The notes below the pieces were generated by a model. It saw only the letters and a list, made by a program, of their open reading frames with translations. It did not search any database and had not been told where the DNA came from. Of a stretch of 64,000 nucleotides of DNA, positions 53,667-63,879 are shown in pieces; within the stretch, counting starts at the first letter, position 1; each line of letters opens with the position of its first letter. A program made the position numbers and the translations under genes. This DNA is from an uncultured Lachnospiraceae bacterium (GTDB lineage: Bacteria; Bacillota; Clostridia; Lachnospirales; Lachnospiraceae): contig CAJTLB010000009.1 of NCBI GenBank assembly GCA_910577045.1, forward strand, positions 19,561 to 83,560, given 5' to 3'.

Positions 53667-55436
53667 TTATCCCACTGGTTGGACACTATCAAATGGATAA
53701 CTTGGTTGGTTCCCATTATCCCATGGATACTGTTGTACACCTGGATAATTTGTATAATCTCCCGGATTACTTGGCTGATTGCCACTATCTGTTGGGTTGC
53801 CCGGCTGTACGCCTGGCTGGTTCCCACTATCTGTTGGGTTGTTTGGCTGTACGCCTGGCTGGTTCCCACTATCTGTTGGGTTGTTTGGCTGTGCACCTGG
53901 CTGGTTCCCGTTGTCTGTTGGGTTGTTTGGCTGTGCACCTGGCTGGTTCCCGTTGTCTGTTGGGTTGCTTGGCTGATCCCCTGGCTGGTTTGGCTGTGGT
54001 TCTGATGGGACTACATTAACTGCTGGTACATTTGGATCTCCTTCTGGTGTAGGTTCCTCTGAAATTAATGTGCCTGGGCCTACCGATACATAATTTGGCG
54101 CAGGCGCATAATAACTGGAATTTACCTGCTCCTTTGAAACTTGTTGCCCATCTACATAGACATACTTATACAATTCTGCCCTATATCCAGTATGGGAACC
54201 TTGCGTCACTTTCCTTGCCCCCTCTGGCAAAGATGGATCTTCTTTTATTACATCTTCTGGTGGGCTAATTACTTGGATTACCACGCTTTTATACTCTATT
54301 TTCCGGTTTGCTGGCCTTTCATCCATTCCATAAATATTAAAAGTCACATGTTTATCCTTTGTATATCCTTCAATATAGATTGGGGCATTTGTGTTATTTG
54401 TAAAAATAAAGTCCATTCCACTGCTTTCTGCTACTGCTGCATCAGAAGAAAGTGGGACATAAGCTACCGTTAAACCATGGTTATACCGTTGGTTGACTTC
54501 TAGTTCCGACAACAAAACAGCATTATACAAAGTAGTGGATACTTGGCATACGCCACCGCCATAACTGTCTACCAACATTCCATTAAAATAAGATCCTGCT
54601 GGGAAATACCCATTTTCTGCTGAAAAAGGAACCATATACTCTAAACAGGAAAACTTTTGCCCCGGCATAAGAATTGCCCCATTAATTTTCTCTACTGCCA
54701 CATCAATATTTTTACATCTAGAAGAACTAGAGGATGTATAAGAGGTAGTATACGCCCCCATTGGCACAGCCCCTATTTTTTCACATTCTGCCTTTGTAAT
54801 GGTAGGGTTTGTAACCGTCCCTACTAATGCAATGGTACAATCCTCATAATTCCATTCCTTTGTTAAATATTCTTTTACAGCCAATACAGAAGCTTCTATA
54901 TCTACTGTGCTCCCCACTTGTTCTGGCGTAATCGAAAACCCTTCTTCTGTTTTTTGCATTACTGCATCTACTGCTGGGCTTTCTAATATTGCATGGTTAG
55001 ACTCAATCCATGCTTTTATTTTAGCCTCATCTACAGAAAATTCTAATGAAAAACTCCCTCCAGAATTCGTAATGTCTTTTTTTGTTTTATATCGGTATAT
55101 CACATTCCCTGATCTCCCAAGACGGTCAATTTCATCAATTACCTGCGGGTTTGCCCATGTTAAACCAGTATCGCCTATTAATGCCTCTATTTTTTTATCA
55201 CTTCCTTCTAGTGATAAAGTAATCTTTTTTGCCAGCAATCCTTCTATATAAGCCTCTACTGCTGCCTTTGCCTCTTCCTTTGTCATGCCGCCGATTTCTA
55301 CCGGTCCTACCTTTATGCCATCATATACTGCTGTTTGGATTACTTCTTCTGCACACACCGGATATGTCGCCTGGATAATTGCTGCTGCACCTAGCATAAT
55401 TGCTGCCGCGATTCCATACGCATGATTCTTATTCAT
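53667..55436 (-). CDS. VanW-family protein with a signal/anchor sequence and a C-terminal Pro/Asn/Gln-rich tandem-repeat tail
   Basis: VanW core motifs (GGGVCQVSTTLYNA..., NHGLTVAYVPLSSDAAV), a G5-like segment, then (NPTD[NS]GNQPG[AV]QPN)n. The start is trimmed to MNKNHAYG after SD GGAGG. Confidence 0.8.
   Translation of the reverse strand: MNKNHAYGIAAAIMLGAAAIIQATYPVCAEEVIQTAVYDGIKVGPVEIGGMTKEEAKAAVEAYIEGLLAKKITLSLEGSDKKIEALIGDTGLTWANPQVIDEIDRLGRSGNVIYRYKTKKDITNSGGSFSLEFSVDEAKIKAWIESNHAILESPAVDAVMQKTEEGFSITPEQVGSTVDIEASVLAVKEYLTKEWNYEDCTIALVGTVTNPTITKAECEKIGAVPMGAYTTSYTSSSSSRCKNIDVAVEKINGAILMPGQKFSCLEYMVPFSAENGYFPAGSYFNGMLVDSYGGGVCQVSTTLYNAVLLSELEVNQRYNHGLTVAYVPLSSDAAVAESSGMDFIFTNNTNAPIYIEGYTKDKHVTFNIYGMDERPANRKIEYKSVVIQVISPPEDVIKEDPSLPEGARKVTQGSHTGYRAELYKYVYVDGQQVSKEQVNSSYYAPAPNYVSVGPGTLISEEPTPEGDPNVPAVNVVPSEPQPNQPGDQPSNPTDNGNQPGAQPNNPTDNGNQPGAQPNNPTDSGNQPGVQPNNPTDSGNQPGVQPGNPTDSGNQPSNPGDYTNYPGVQQYPWDNGNQPSYPFDSVQPVG
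53771..53980. repeat. Five tandem copies of a 42-nt unit (encoding 14-aa repeats) inside the VanW-family gene
   Basis: The unit CTGGCTGGTTCCCACTATCTGTTGGGTTGTTTGGCTGTACGC repeats head to tail with few substitutions. It explains the run of repetitive shadow ORFs in three plus-strand frames at 53679-54019. Confidence 0.9.
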
Positions 55437-55533
55437 ACTCTGCCTCCATACTTTCCTTACTATCTTAATTAAAACTTGGCATCTCATCAATTTTCCTTAA
55501 GAGTTGACGCCACAACCAATTTCAGTTATACTT

Positions 55534-55638
55534 CTATTGTAATGCGCCAAGCATCATCGGAAGTATCATAGAAATAACTAAAAGTGCGATGATGACTGCA
55601 GATATTATCTTTTTTGTTTTTGAGTTATTAAAATTCAT
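55534..55638 (-). CDS. Possible small membrane peptide (about 34 aa)
   Basis: MNFNNSKTKKIISAVIIALLVISMILPMMLGALQ sits within track ORF 55534-55815, and its ATG is preceded by GAGGTG. Coordinates are approximate (+/- 1-2 nt). Confidence 0.35.
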   Translation of the reverse strand: MNFNNSKTKKIISAVIIALLVISMILPMMLGALQ

Positions 55639-55672
55639 ATAATTCACCTCTTTCATGATTGGAGAAATAGTT

Positions 55673-56272
55673 ATGCGCTTTCCTACTTTTTTTGCAATAT
55701 TTGTCACTTTTTTAGTTTGGCTCAGCATCAAACTACGTAAAACCAATAAAAAAGACGATTCCTTTTGGCAGCGGGAAGCTGAAGCCAACAATGTCCGCAA
55801 ACAAACATTAGACAATCTTGATTATATCACAATTCCAATAGATTCCCTACCCTTTTTTTATGGAATTGATAAAAATCTAGAAGAACTGCAAAATACAATT
55901 ACTTCACTTTCTTCCTGCACCATTGTAAACTTAAGCAATTATACAAATACGGAGCTAAAACTCATGTACGGCCCAGGAAACCTTGCCGATCTTACGGAAT
56001 ATGACCAAAATTTCACTCTTCTTGTCCGTACACTGCATAAATGGGGAGAACAATTATCCACCCTTGGATACGAAAAAGAAGCAATCCAGGTATTGGAATA
56101 TGCTGTTTCTATTAAAAGTGACGTCACTGCTGGTTATCTGCTCCTTGGCAAACTTTATCTAAAACAAGGGCAGCCACAAAAATTAGACACATTACTCTCT
56201 GCAGCCTCCTCCTTAGATACCCTATTAAAAGACAGTTTAATAAAACAACTAAAAACACTTAAAAAATCATAA
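55673..56272 (+). CDS. Hypothetical membrane-anchored protein with a helical-repeat (TPR-like) C-terminal region
   Basis: MRFPTFFAIFVTFLVWLSIKL is an N-terminal TM helix. The C-terminus ...AIQVLEYAVSIKSDVTAGYLLLGKLYLKQGQ looks TPR-like. The ATG follows SD GGAGA. Confidence 0.5.
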   Translation: MRFPTFFAIFVTFLVWLSIKLRKTNKKDDSFWQREAEANNVRKQTLDNLDYITIPIDSLPFFYGIDKNLEELQNTITSLSSCTIVNLSNYTNTELKLMYGPGNLADLTEYDQNFTLLVRTLHKWGEQLSTLGYEKEAIQVLEYAVSIKSDVTAGYLLLGKLYLKQGQPQKLDTLLSAASSLDTLLKDSLIKQLKTLKKS

Positions 56273-56296
56273 GTTTTACGTTTTCCAGGCGGCTTT

Positions 56297-57019
56297 TTAT
56301 CTTCTGCCTGGAATTTTTCCATAATTTAAAATAATCCCGTCAATAATCCTAGACGCCTCGCTTTTTGTTAAACTCTCTGCCTGTATCTTTAAATCAATTT
56401 TATGGTAATCTAACAACGCATATAAATACTTTACTTGCGCATCGGTAATAGGGCTTTCCTTTTTTACTCGGCAAATAAGCTGTTTTGGGACAAATAAACT
56501 ATCTATTTCTTTCCCATAACACTCTTCCTTTAGGCAAAAATACAATTCCACAGTTGCCCTTGCATCGTCACAAGCCCGGTGCGCATGTACATTCTTAATA
56601 TGATAATGCCCGCATAAGCTGCTAAGGCTATAAGATTCCAGCCCTGGCAAAGCCTTTCTCGCAATCTTTAATGTATCCATGCCCAACCGTTCAAAATTTC
56701 CTCTTATATTTACAATATTTTTCTTTAAAAAACTATAATCAAAAGAAAGATGGTGCCCTAATAATATATCTTCCCCAACAAATTCCAAAAAATGTGGCAA
56801 GGCCTCTTGTATAGTAAGCGCATTTTCTAACATGGCATCTGTAATCCCTGTTAAGCCAGTAATAAAACTGCTTAACTGCCTTCCTGGGTTAATTAACATA
56901 TCAAATTCGCCTGTAATCTTCCCATTCTCCACAGATACAGCGCCTATTTCTATAATACGCTCTGTTGTTGGGTTTAGTCCTGTTGTTTCAATATCGACTG
57001 CAACAAATTTCTCTGCCAT
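56297..57019 (-). CDS. DnaQ-like 3'-5' exonuclease (DEDDh) with an extra C-terminal domain
   Basis: Exo I FVAVDIETTGL, Exo II LLGHHLSFDYSFL and Exo III HRACDDA are present. The start is trimmed to MAEKF after SD AGGAGG, which removes the apparent overlap with nth. Confidence 0.8.
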   Translation of the reverse strand: MAEKFVAVDIETTGLNPTTERIIEIGAVSVENGKITGEFDMLINPGRQLSSFITGLTGITDAMLENALTIQEALPHFLEFVGEDILLGHHLSFDYSFLKKNIVNIRGNFERLGMDTLKIARKALPGLESYSLSSLCGHYHIKNVHAHRACDDARATVELYFCLKEECYGKEIDSLFVPKQLICRVKKESPITDAQVKYLYALLDYHKIDLKIQAESLTKSEASRIIDGIILNYGKIPGRR

Positions 57020-57027
57020 GCCTCCTC

Positions 57028-57672
57028 CTATATTTCTGCCCCTTGGCACAGTTTTTGTAAAAAACACTCCTTGCATCTTGGGTTCCTGGCAGGGCAAATG
57101 CCTCTTCCATGGGTAATAATTTGTATATTAAACAAAATCCAATGATCCTTCGGCAGTATCTTCATTAAGTCATATTCTACTTTAACGGGATCATCCTCTT
57201 TTGTAAAGCCTAGTTTTTTGGAAATTCTTTTTACATGTGTATCAACCACAATACTTGGTTCATGGTAAATATTCCCTCTAATTACATTTGCAGTCTTTCT
57301 GCCTACGCCTGCCAGGCTTATCAAGCTTTCCAGATCACTTGGGACTTCACCGCCATAATTTGTAATAAGTGACTGTGTACATAATATAATATTCCTTGCC
57401 TTATTATGGTAGAAGCCTATAGAATGAATATCCTTCTCTAATTCTTTTAAAGAAGCATTTGCAAAAGATTCTAACGTAGGGTACTTTACAAATAAATCTT
57501 TTGTTACTATATTTACCCTGGCATCGGTACATTGTGCGCTTAATATTGTAGCAATTAAAAGCTGCCAAGGCGTTTCATAATGTAAATAACATTTATACTC
57601 TGTGGTATAATGTTCATCTAACAACTCCAATATCTGCCTAACCTTTTTCTTCGATATGGTTCGTAAAGGCAT
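57028..57672 (-). CDS. nth: Endonuclease III
   Basis: 214 aa with HhH-GPD (LISLAGVGRKTANVI) and the C-terminal 4Fe-4S motif C-x6-C-x2-C-x5-C (CPARNPRCKECFLQKLC). Confidence 0.92.
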   Translation of the reverse strand: MPLRTISKKKVRQILELLDEHYTTEYKCYLHYETPWQLLIATILSAQCTDARVNIVTKDLFVKYPTLESFANASLKELEKDIHSIGFYHNKARNIILCTQSLITNYGGEVPSDLESLISLAGVGRKTANVIRGNIYHEPSIVVDTHVKRISKKLGFTKEDDPVKVEYDLMKILPKDHWILFNIQIITHGRGICPARNPRCKECFLQKLCQGAEI

Positions 57673-59401
57673 ATAAATCCCCTTTCCGTAATTCTATTAC
57701 CGCAGCATCATAACTTAGCGGGTTTCTTTTGTTATAATCAAATAGCAAAAATATCTCTTGTTTTTCCTCTGTAAGTGGATGGCAGGAAAAATGCTCCAAA
57801 TGTGTCATCCTAGCAAGCTGTTTCCCATCAAACCCCTGATAATCTGGTAAATAATATCTTTCCTTTGCTTCTGTTTGATAAAAAGCCTTTATTATCTTTT
57901 TATATGGCTCTATACTCTTTGCAAACTCTGGCCTGCTTTTTCTATTTTCTCTTACATATAAATCATAAACCAAACATTCCACAAACTTTCCATATTCTGT
58001 TTCTGGCATAACTTTTTCTGCAAATATACGTAATAAATTATAATTCTCTAAACGGTTCTGCTTTTTTTCCTCAAACCCTTGATCCCTATAAAATTCTGCT
58101 AAAGCATAATACATAGCAAAAGGAGTTTTAAAATAAGCTTGTAATCTTTTTATACTTGCAGAAAACTGTGCGCTATTATAATAAATTTCCACCATCTCTT
58201 CTACGCCTTTTAACAAAATAATATCCTGGTAAGATAACCAATCTGTAAACAGTACTTCATATGGGGGCGTATCATGGAATACAAGCCCATACTCTGCTGT
58301 TTTAGAAAGCATGTCTGTCCCTGAAAGCACTTTTAAAAACCCAAGCTGTAACTGGTCTGGCTCCATAGCATACACATCGTTAAAAGACTGGCAGAAACTA
58401 CCATAATCCTCATAAGGCAGCCCTGCAATTAAATCCAAATGCACATGGATATTCCTATTTTTATGGATTTCTTTTACCACTTGGCTTACCTTTCCTATAT
58501 CCATAGTACGGCATATTTCCTTTATTGTCTGCCTATTAGTTGACTGTATCCCAATTTCAAGCTGGACTAACCCTGGCCGCATCTGCTGTAACAAAGTAAT
58601 CTCCGCCTCTGTAAGCAAATCTGCCGCAATTTCAAAATGAAAATTTGTCACGCCATTATCATGGTTAAAAATATACTGCCAAATAGCCATTGCATGTGTA
58701 TGCCAGACATTAAACGTCCTGTCCACAAATTTGACTTGTTTTACTTTTCTATCCAAAAAAAATTGCAATTCTTTTTCTACTAATTCTAAATTACGGAACC
58801 GCAGCTTTTTTTCTACAGAAGAAAGGCAATAACTGCAAGAATATGGGCACCCTCTACTACTTTCATAATAAATAATCCGATTTTCGAACTTTTCCATATC
58901 CTCGTAAGGAAATGGCACTTCTGAAAGTGCAAGAAGAGGGCCCTGTTTATTTTTATGGATTCCTTTATTATCTTGGTAAACTAAGTTTTGTACCTCACAT
59001 AATGCCCGGTTCTTCGTTATATAATGCTCCATTAACTGCAAAAAGGCCTGTTCTCCCTCTCCTACCATTACCCCTTGCAAATATGGATGTTGTTTTAACA
59101 AAGCTTCTGCCCGGTAAGACACTTCAGGGCCGCCAAGCCAAATTTTTGTATCTGGCAATACCTTATAAATTTCCCTTATTAAAACTTCCACTATTGCAAT
59201 GTTCCAGATATAACAAGAAAATGCAACCGCATCTGGATTTTTCCTATATAAATCAGCAAGAATATATTCTATATTGTGATTAATAGTATATTCTGCAAGC
59301 TCAATATGTTCCTTATATTGCTGGCAATATGCTTTTAAATCATAAATTGCCAAGTTAGAATGGATATATTTGGCATTGATCGCTGTTAATATAAACTTCA
59401 A
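57638..59401 (-). CDS. B12-binding-domain radical SAM protein (DUF4080 C-terminal domain)
   Basis: 587 aa with an N-terminal B12-binding-like domain and the radical SAM motif CPYSCSYC. TTG start 7 nt after SD GGAGGTGG. Confidence 0.85.
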   Translation of the reverse strand: MKFILTAINAKYIHSNLAIYDLKAYCQQYKEHIELAEYTINHNIEYILADLYRKNPDAVAFSCYIWNIAIVEVLIREIYKVLPDTKIWLGGPEVSYRAEALLKQHPYLQGVMVGEGEQAFLQLMEHYITKNRALCEVQNLVYQDNKGIHKNKQGPLLALSEVPFPYEDMEKFENRIIYYESSRGCPYSCSYCLSSVEKKLRFRNLELVEKELQFFLDRKVKQVKFVDRTFNVWHTHAMAIWQYIFNHDNGVTNFHFEIAADLLTEAEITLLQQMRPGLVQLEIGIQSTNRQTIKEICRTMDIGKVSQVVKEIHKNRNIHVHLDLIAGLPYEDYGSFCQSFNDVYAMEPDQLQLGFLKVLSGTDMLSKTAEYGLVFHDTPPYEVLFTDWLSYQDIILLKGVEEMVEIYYNSAQFSASIKRLQAYFKTPFAMYYALAEFYRDQGFEEKKQNRLENYNLLRIFAEKVMPETEYGKFVECLVYDLYVRENRKSRPEFAKSIEPYKKIIKAFYQTEAKERYYLPDYQGFDGKQLARMTHLEHFSCHPLTEEKQEIFLLFDYNKRNPLSYDAAVIELRKGDLYAFTNHIEEKG

Positions 59402-59515
59402 TTAGGCCCCACCTCCACGTGAAACAGTATAACACATTTTATTTAAAAAAACTATACAGGAAACTATTGCATTTTTAGCCACTTTATGTTATAGTTATAC
59501 AAGCCTTATAAATAA

Positions 59516-59601
59516 GCCGGCGTGGCGGAACTGGCAGACGCACAGGACTTAAAATCCTGCGGGATTAATCTCCCGTACCGGTTCGATTCCGGTCGCCGGC
59601 A
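59516..59601 (+). tRNA. tRNA-Leu (anticodon UAA), class II with a long variable arm; CCA not encoded
   Basis: Acceptor stem GCCGGCG/CGCCGGC plus discriminator A. Anticodon stem-loop CAGGA-CTTAAAA-TCCTG. Variable arm CGGGATTAATCTCCCG. T-arm ACCGG-TTCGATT-CCGGT. Confidence 0.95.
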
Positions 59602-59602
59602 T

Positions 59603-59637
59603 AAAAAAACATCACATTTTCAGTGATGTTTTTTTTA
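59603..59637. terminator. Bidirectional terminator between tRNA-Leu and glnA
   Basis: ACATCAC-ATTTTCA-GTGATGT hairpin, flanked by A7 upstream and T8 downstream. Confidence 0.65.
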
Positions 59638-59641
59638 TTCT

Positions 59642-61756
59642 TTATACTTCAAAAATCAAATCCCCATAAGATGGCATTGGCCACGCTTCTTTATCTACTA
59701 ACATTTCCAATTTATCCACAGGTGCCCTTAATGCTGCCATAGCAGGCATTACAATATCTTTATACGCATATGCCATATCCTTGCCGGCTTCCTTTTGGGA
59801 CGCTTCTGCTACAGCCTTCTTTAACACAGTAAGTGCTGTTTTCGTTTCTGCCAGCAGGTCTGAAACTTCTATTAATAATTCTTTCTGTACACTTACATTT
59901 GCCGCTTCACATGCTGCTTTTACTGCACTTAAAGAATTTGCCAATGTAATTGTATATTTCACTACAGCAGGGATAATCTGTTTTGTTGCCATATCTATCA
60001 TTGTTAATGCTTCAATATTAATGCTTTTTGCATAAGTCTCATATAAAATTTCTTCCCTAGACTCTAATTCTGCCTTAGTAAAAATACCAAACTTTTCAAA
60101 TAGGCGAATCGATTTTTCAGTAGTCAAAGTTGCTGTGGCATCTACCATCGACTTAATATTTGGAAGCCCTCTCCTTTCTGCTTCCTTTACCCAGTCCTCT
60201 GAATACCCATCTCCATTAAATACAATTCTTTGATGTTCTGTCATATACTTCTTAATTAAATCATGGACAGCCATATCAAAATCCTCTGCTTTTTCTAGCT
60301 CATCTGCCGCCTCGCAAAACGCCTCCGCTACAATGGCATTTAACGTAGTATTTGGGCTTGCTATAGAGTCAGAAGAACCTACCATGCGGAATTCAAACTT
60401 ATTCCCAGTAAAAGCAAATGGCGAAGTCCTATTTCTATCTGTAGCATCTTTATCTAAATCAGGAAGGGTAGATACGCCAGTCTGTAATTTTCCACCATGT
60501 AAGCTATGCGTAGCTTCTCCTGTTTCTACCAACTGTTTTACTACATCTTCTAGCTGTTCCCCAAGGAACATTGAAATAATAGCAGGAGGTGCCTCATTTG
60601 CGCCTAATCTATGGTCATTCCCCACATCTGATGCGGACTGGCGGAGCAAATCTGCATGTCTGTCAACTGCCTTCATAATACAAGCTAACACTAATAAAAA
60701 TTGGATATTCTCATTTGGCGTATCACCAGGATCTAACAAATTTACGCCATTATCTGTAGTTAATGACCAGTTATCATGTTTGCCAGAACCATTTACGCCT
60801 GCAAATGGTTTTTCATGGAGCAAACATGCCATACCATGGTGTTCTGCTACTCTTCTCATGGTTTCCATAATTAACTGATTATGGTCAACTGCTATATTAG
60901 CTGTTTCATAAATTGGTGCTAACTCATGTTGTGCTGGTGCTACTTCATTGTGTTGTGTTTTCGCTGTTACGCCAAGTTTCCACAACTCAATATTTAAGTC
61001 TTTCATATAGGCACCTATACGCTCACGGATTACTCCAAAATAATGATCTTCCATCTCCTGCCCTTTTGGGGCTGCAGCACCAAACAAAGTACGTCCTGCA
61101 TAGATTAAATCTTTTCTTTGTAAATATTTCTTCCTATCTACTAAAAAATACTCTTGTTCTGGGCCTACAGAAGCTGTAACCCTAGTTGCGTCTGTATTGC
61201 CAAATAAACGCACAATACGGAGTGCCTGTTCATTAATTGCCTCCATAGAACGAAGCAGTGGTGTTTTCTTATCTAAAGCTTCTCCTTTATAAGAACAAAA
61301 TGCTGTTGGGATACAAAGAATTGGCCCTGTGCCACTTTCTTTTACAAATGCTGGGGAAGTACAGTCCCATGCCGTATAGCCCCTAGCTTCAAAAGTTGCC
61401 CGTAACCCACCAGACGGAAAAGAAGAAGCATCTGGTTCACCTTTAATCAGTTCCTTACCGGAAAATTCCATTAACATCTTTCCCTCTTCATCTGGATGGG
61501 TTACAAATGAATCATGTTTTTCAGCCGTAATCCCCGTTAATGGCTGGAACCAATGGGTATAATGTGTAGCACCCTTTTCTACTGCCCAGTCTTTCATCGC
61601 TTTTGCTACTACATCTGCCGCAGCCAGGGACAATTCCCCGCCACATTCCATTACTCTCTTTACCTCTGCAAATACCTTTCTTGGCAGGCGTTCTTTCATT
61701 TTACCAAGAGTAAACACATTTTCCGCAAAAATTTCCTCTACATTTAATTTGCTCAT
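59642..61756 (-). CDS. glnA: Glutamine synthetase type III
   Basis: 704 aa, the size and N-terminal domain typical of GS-III. Catalytic-domain motifs include [11 protein letters not shown] and [10 protein letters not shown]. Confidence 0.92.
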   Translation of the reverse strand: MSKLNVEEIFAENVFTLGKMKERLPRKVFAEVKRVMECGGELSLAAADVVAKAMKDWAVEKGATHYTHWFQPLTGITAEKHDSFVTHPDEEGKMLMEFSGKELIKGEPDASSFPSGGLRATFEARGYTAWDCTSPAFVKESGTGPILCIPTAFCSYKGEALDKKTPLLRSMEAINEQALRIVRLFGNTDATRVTASVGPEQEYFLVDRKKYLQRKDLIYAGRTLFGAAAPKGQEMEDHYFGVIRERIGAYMKDLNIELWKLGVTAKTQHNEVAPAQHELAPIYETANIAVDHNQLIMETMRRVAEHHGMACLLHEKPFAGVNGSGKHDNWSLTTDNGVNLLDPGDTPNENIQFLLVLACIMKAVDRHADLLRQSASDVGNDHRLGANEAPPAIISMFLGEQLEDVVKQLVETGEATHSLHGGKLQTGVSTLPDLDKDATDRNRTSPFAFTGNKFEFRMVGSSDSIASPNTTLNAIVAEAFCEAADELEKAEDFDMAVHDLIKKYMTEHQRIVFNGDGYSEDWVKEAERRGLPNIKSMVDATATLTTEKSIRLFEKFGIFTKAELESREEILYETYAKSINIEALTMIDMATKQIIPAVVKYTITLANSLSAVKAACEAANVSVQKELLIEVSDLLAETKTALTVLKKAVAEASQKEAGKDMAYAYKDIVMPAMAALRAPVDKLEMLVDKEAWPMPSYGDLIFEV

Positions 61757-61858
61757 ACTTTCTCCTCTCCACTCTTTTCCTTAAGCTAACAAATATTACT
61801 GCCATTCTTTCAAGCACCTGTCTGCTTCCACTATATTTTCTTTAGATGCCCATGTGCA

Positions 61859-61893
61859 TAAAAAAAGGCGTTCTGATAGCAAGCTATTAGAAC
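61859..61893 (-). terminator. Intrinsic terminator between srtB and glnA; either the srtB terminator or a glnA leader attenuator
   Basis: The minus-strand RNA forms GUUCUAAUAGC-UU-GCUAUCAGAAC (10 of 11 pairs) followed by GCCUUUUUU. It lies 107 nt after the srtB stop and about 100 nt before the glnA ATG. Confidence 0.5.
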
Positions 61894-61999
61894 ACCTTTG
61901 TTCAACCACGGTTTTATGGATAGCAAGTAATCTTGTTATCACTATGCAATTAAGATACATCAAAATCAACAAAATTGCAAGCATTATTTTTAAAAGTTT

Positions 62000-62863
62000 C
62001 TATTTTTGCTCCTCTTCTGGCTCAATCCGTTTTGCCTGTACCACAAAACGCCCGTTATTGCTGCCTGAACATGTCGATAGTGTCATAATCTTATCATCTG
62101 CTGACACCTCTACCCCTGTATCATAAAGAGACAACCCTTTCATCCGATCAATATACTCCAAAAAACTTTCTTCACTGCCAAAGTCTGGAATATACACATT
62201 ACTGCCCGCTGTTGTTGTAAATGCTGCATAAATAGCATATTCATAAGCCCCGTTTTCTGTATAAACCAAAAATGCCGGATAATTTTTAAACATTTGCTCA
62301 TTTTTATAATAAGCAAGTGTACCAAACATAGAACCATTCCTCATATTATGGCCATAAACAATTACATTCTTGCCTTCCATTCCCTCTTCAATAGCAGCGT
62401 CAATAAAAACAGAACCTGCCGCATTTGCTTTTTTATTAAAAGTATGGTGGAGGTAAAAATCATTATCTTCACCCTGCAAAACAGGATAATTAATATTTGT
62501 CCCATAAAGAATAATCCATGCAACAGAATCCTCATTCATCTCTTTTAATGTTGCAAAATCCACATAATTCATCTGTGCTTCCTGCTGTAAATTTACCACT
62601 GTTTCTTCCTGTAGTCCAGGCTGGGTTTCTGTTATATCCTGCTTTTCCTCTGTTTGTTTTGGTTCTGCTTGCTCTGTTATCCTGGCTGGCGGCTGTGTCG
62701 GCATCTGCGCAAACACTAAATTTTCTAAATTATCATATTCTTCTGTACCCTGTCTGTATTCTAAAAATGTAGAAATAAGCTGATAAGCAGAATAACAAAA
62801 CAACACAACTGCCACAACAATAACCAATCTCCTCGCTATACCTGCCAGCTTCTTTTTCCCCAT
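62000..62863 (-). CDS. srtB: Class B sortase
   Basis: 287 aa with an N-terminal TM anchor, IVYGHNM and the catalytic TLSTC motif. Confidence 0.85.
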   Translation of the reverse strand: MGKKKLAGIARRLVIVVAVVLFCYSAYQLISTFLEYRQGTEEYDNLENLVFAQMPTQPPARITEQAEPKQTEEKQDITETQPGLQEETVVNLQQEAQMNYVDFATLKEMNEDSVAWIILYGTNINYPVLQGEDNDFYLHHTFNKKANAAGSVFIDAAIEEGMEGKNVIVYGHNMRNGSMFGTLAYYKNEQMFKNYPAFLVYTENGAYEYAIYAAFTTTAGSNVYIPDFGSEESFLEYIDRMKGLSLYDTGVEVSADDKIMTLSTCSGSNNGRFVVQAKRIEPEEEQK

Positions 62864-62868
62864 ATTTC

Positions 62869-63732
62869 TTATGCCTTATTTACCGATCCGAATAACTCCA
62901 TTTTTTCTTTTACAGTAGCTTTAATTGCCTCTGCGCCAGGAGCTAACAGTTTTCTTGGATCAAAGCCTTTCCCCTGCAAATCTTTCCCAGCTTCAATATA
63001 CTCCCTTGTTGCTGCAGCAAAAGAAAGCTGGCACTCTGTATTTACATTAATTTTAGCCACGCCAAGAGAAATTGCCTTCTTAATCATATCTTCTGGTATT
63101 CCTGTACCACCATGCAATACTAATGGCATCTCCCCTGTTAATTCCTGTACAGCAGCAAGGGTTTCAAAACTTAATCCTTTCCAGTTTTCTGGATACTTTC
63201 CATGGATATTCCCAATCCCTGCTGCAAGCATTGTAACACCTAAATCGGCAATTGCCTTACACTCTTGTGGATCGGCACATTCTCCTGCGCCAACTACACC
63301 ATCTTCTTCACCACCAATAGAACCTACTTCTGCTTCCAAAGACATACCTTTTTTTGCACAGATATCTACCAGTTCACGGGTCTTTGCCACATTCTCCTCT
63401 ATTGGATAATGGGAGCCATCAAACATAATAGAAGAAAATCCTGCTTCTACACATTTTAAACATCCTTCATATGTCCCATGGTCTAAATGGAGTGCTACAG
63501 GAACTGTAATTTTCATTTCTTCTAACATGCCATTTACCATGCCCACTACTGTTTTAAAACCTGTCATATATTTGCCTGCGCCCTCAGATACTCCCAATAT
63601 TACTGGGGAATTCATCTCCTGTGCTGCAGCAAGTACTGCCTTTGTCCATTCCAGGTTATTAATATTAAACTGACCAACTGCATACTTACCTGCTTTTGCT
63701 TTCTGAAGCATTTCTTGTGCTGAAACCAACAT
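62869..63732 (-). CDS. fba: Class II fructose-1,6-bisphosphate aldolase
   Basis: YAVGQFNINNLEW, LHLDHG, MFDGS and VLHGGTG are present. The start is trimmed to MLVSAQEM after SD GGAGGT. Confidence 0.92.
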   Translation of the reverse strand: MLVSAQEMLQKAKAGKYAVGQFNINNLEWTKAVLAAAQEMNSPVILGVSEGAGKYMTGFKTVVGMVNGMLEEMKITVPVALHLDHGTYEGCLKCVEAGFSSIMFDGSHYPIEENVAKTRELVDICAKKGMSLEAEVGSIGGEEDGVVGAGECADPQECKAIADLGVTMLAAGIGNIHGKYPENWKGLSFETLAAVQELTGEMPLVLHGGTGIPEDMIKKAISLGVAKINVNTECQLSFAAATREYIEAGKDLQGKGFDPRKLLAPGAEAIKATVKEKMELFGSVNKA

Positions 63733-63879
63733 ACTTTTACTACCTCCATTCATCATTCATCAAAAGTTGTGCCTAAACCTGCCTGGCACATGCTTATTGT
63801 CTATGCGCCCATTATATCATTTTCACTGTTAAAAGGGAATAGCATGGAACAAGTTTTTCCTACAAATCCTATTGTATTC

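Noticed and set aside
53679-54019. Three overlapping plus-strand ORFs of 65-108 aa with repetitive W/L/C/G-rich sequence
   Set aside because: They are an artefact of the 42-nt tandem repeat in the minus-strand VanW-family gene, which keeps all frames open.
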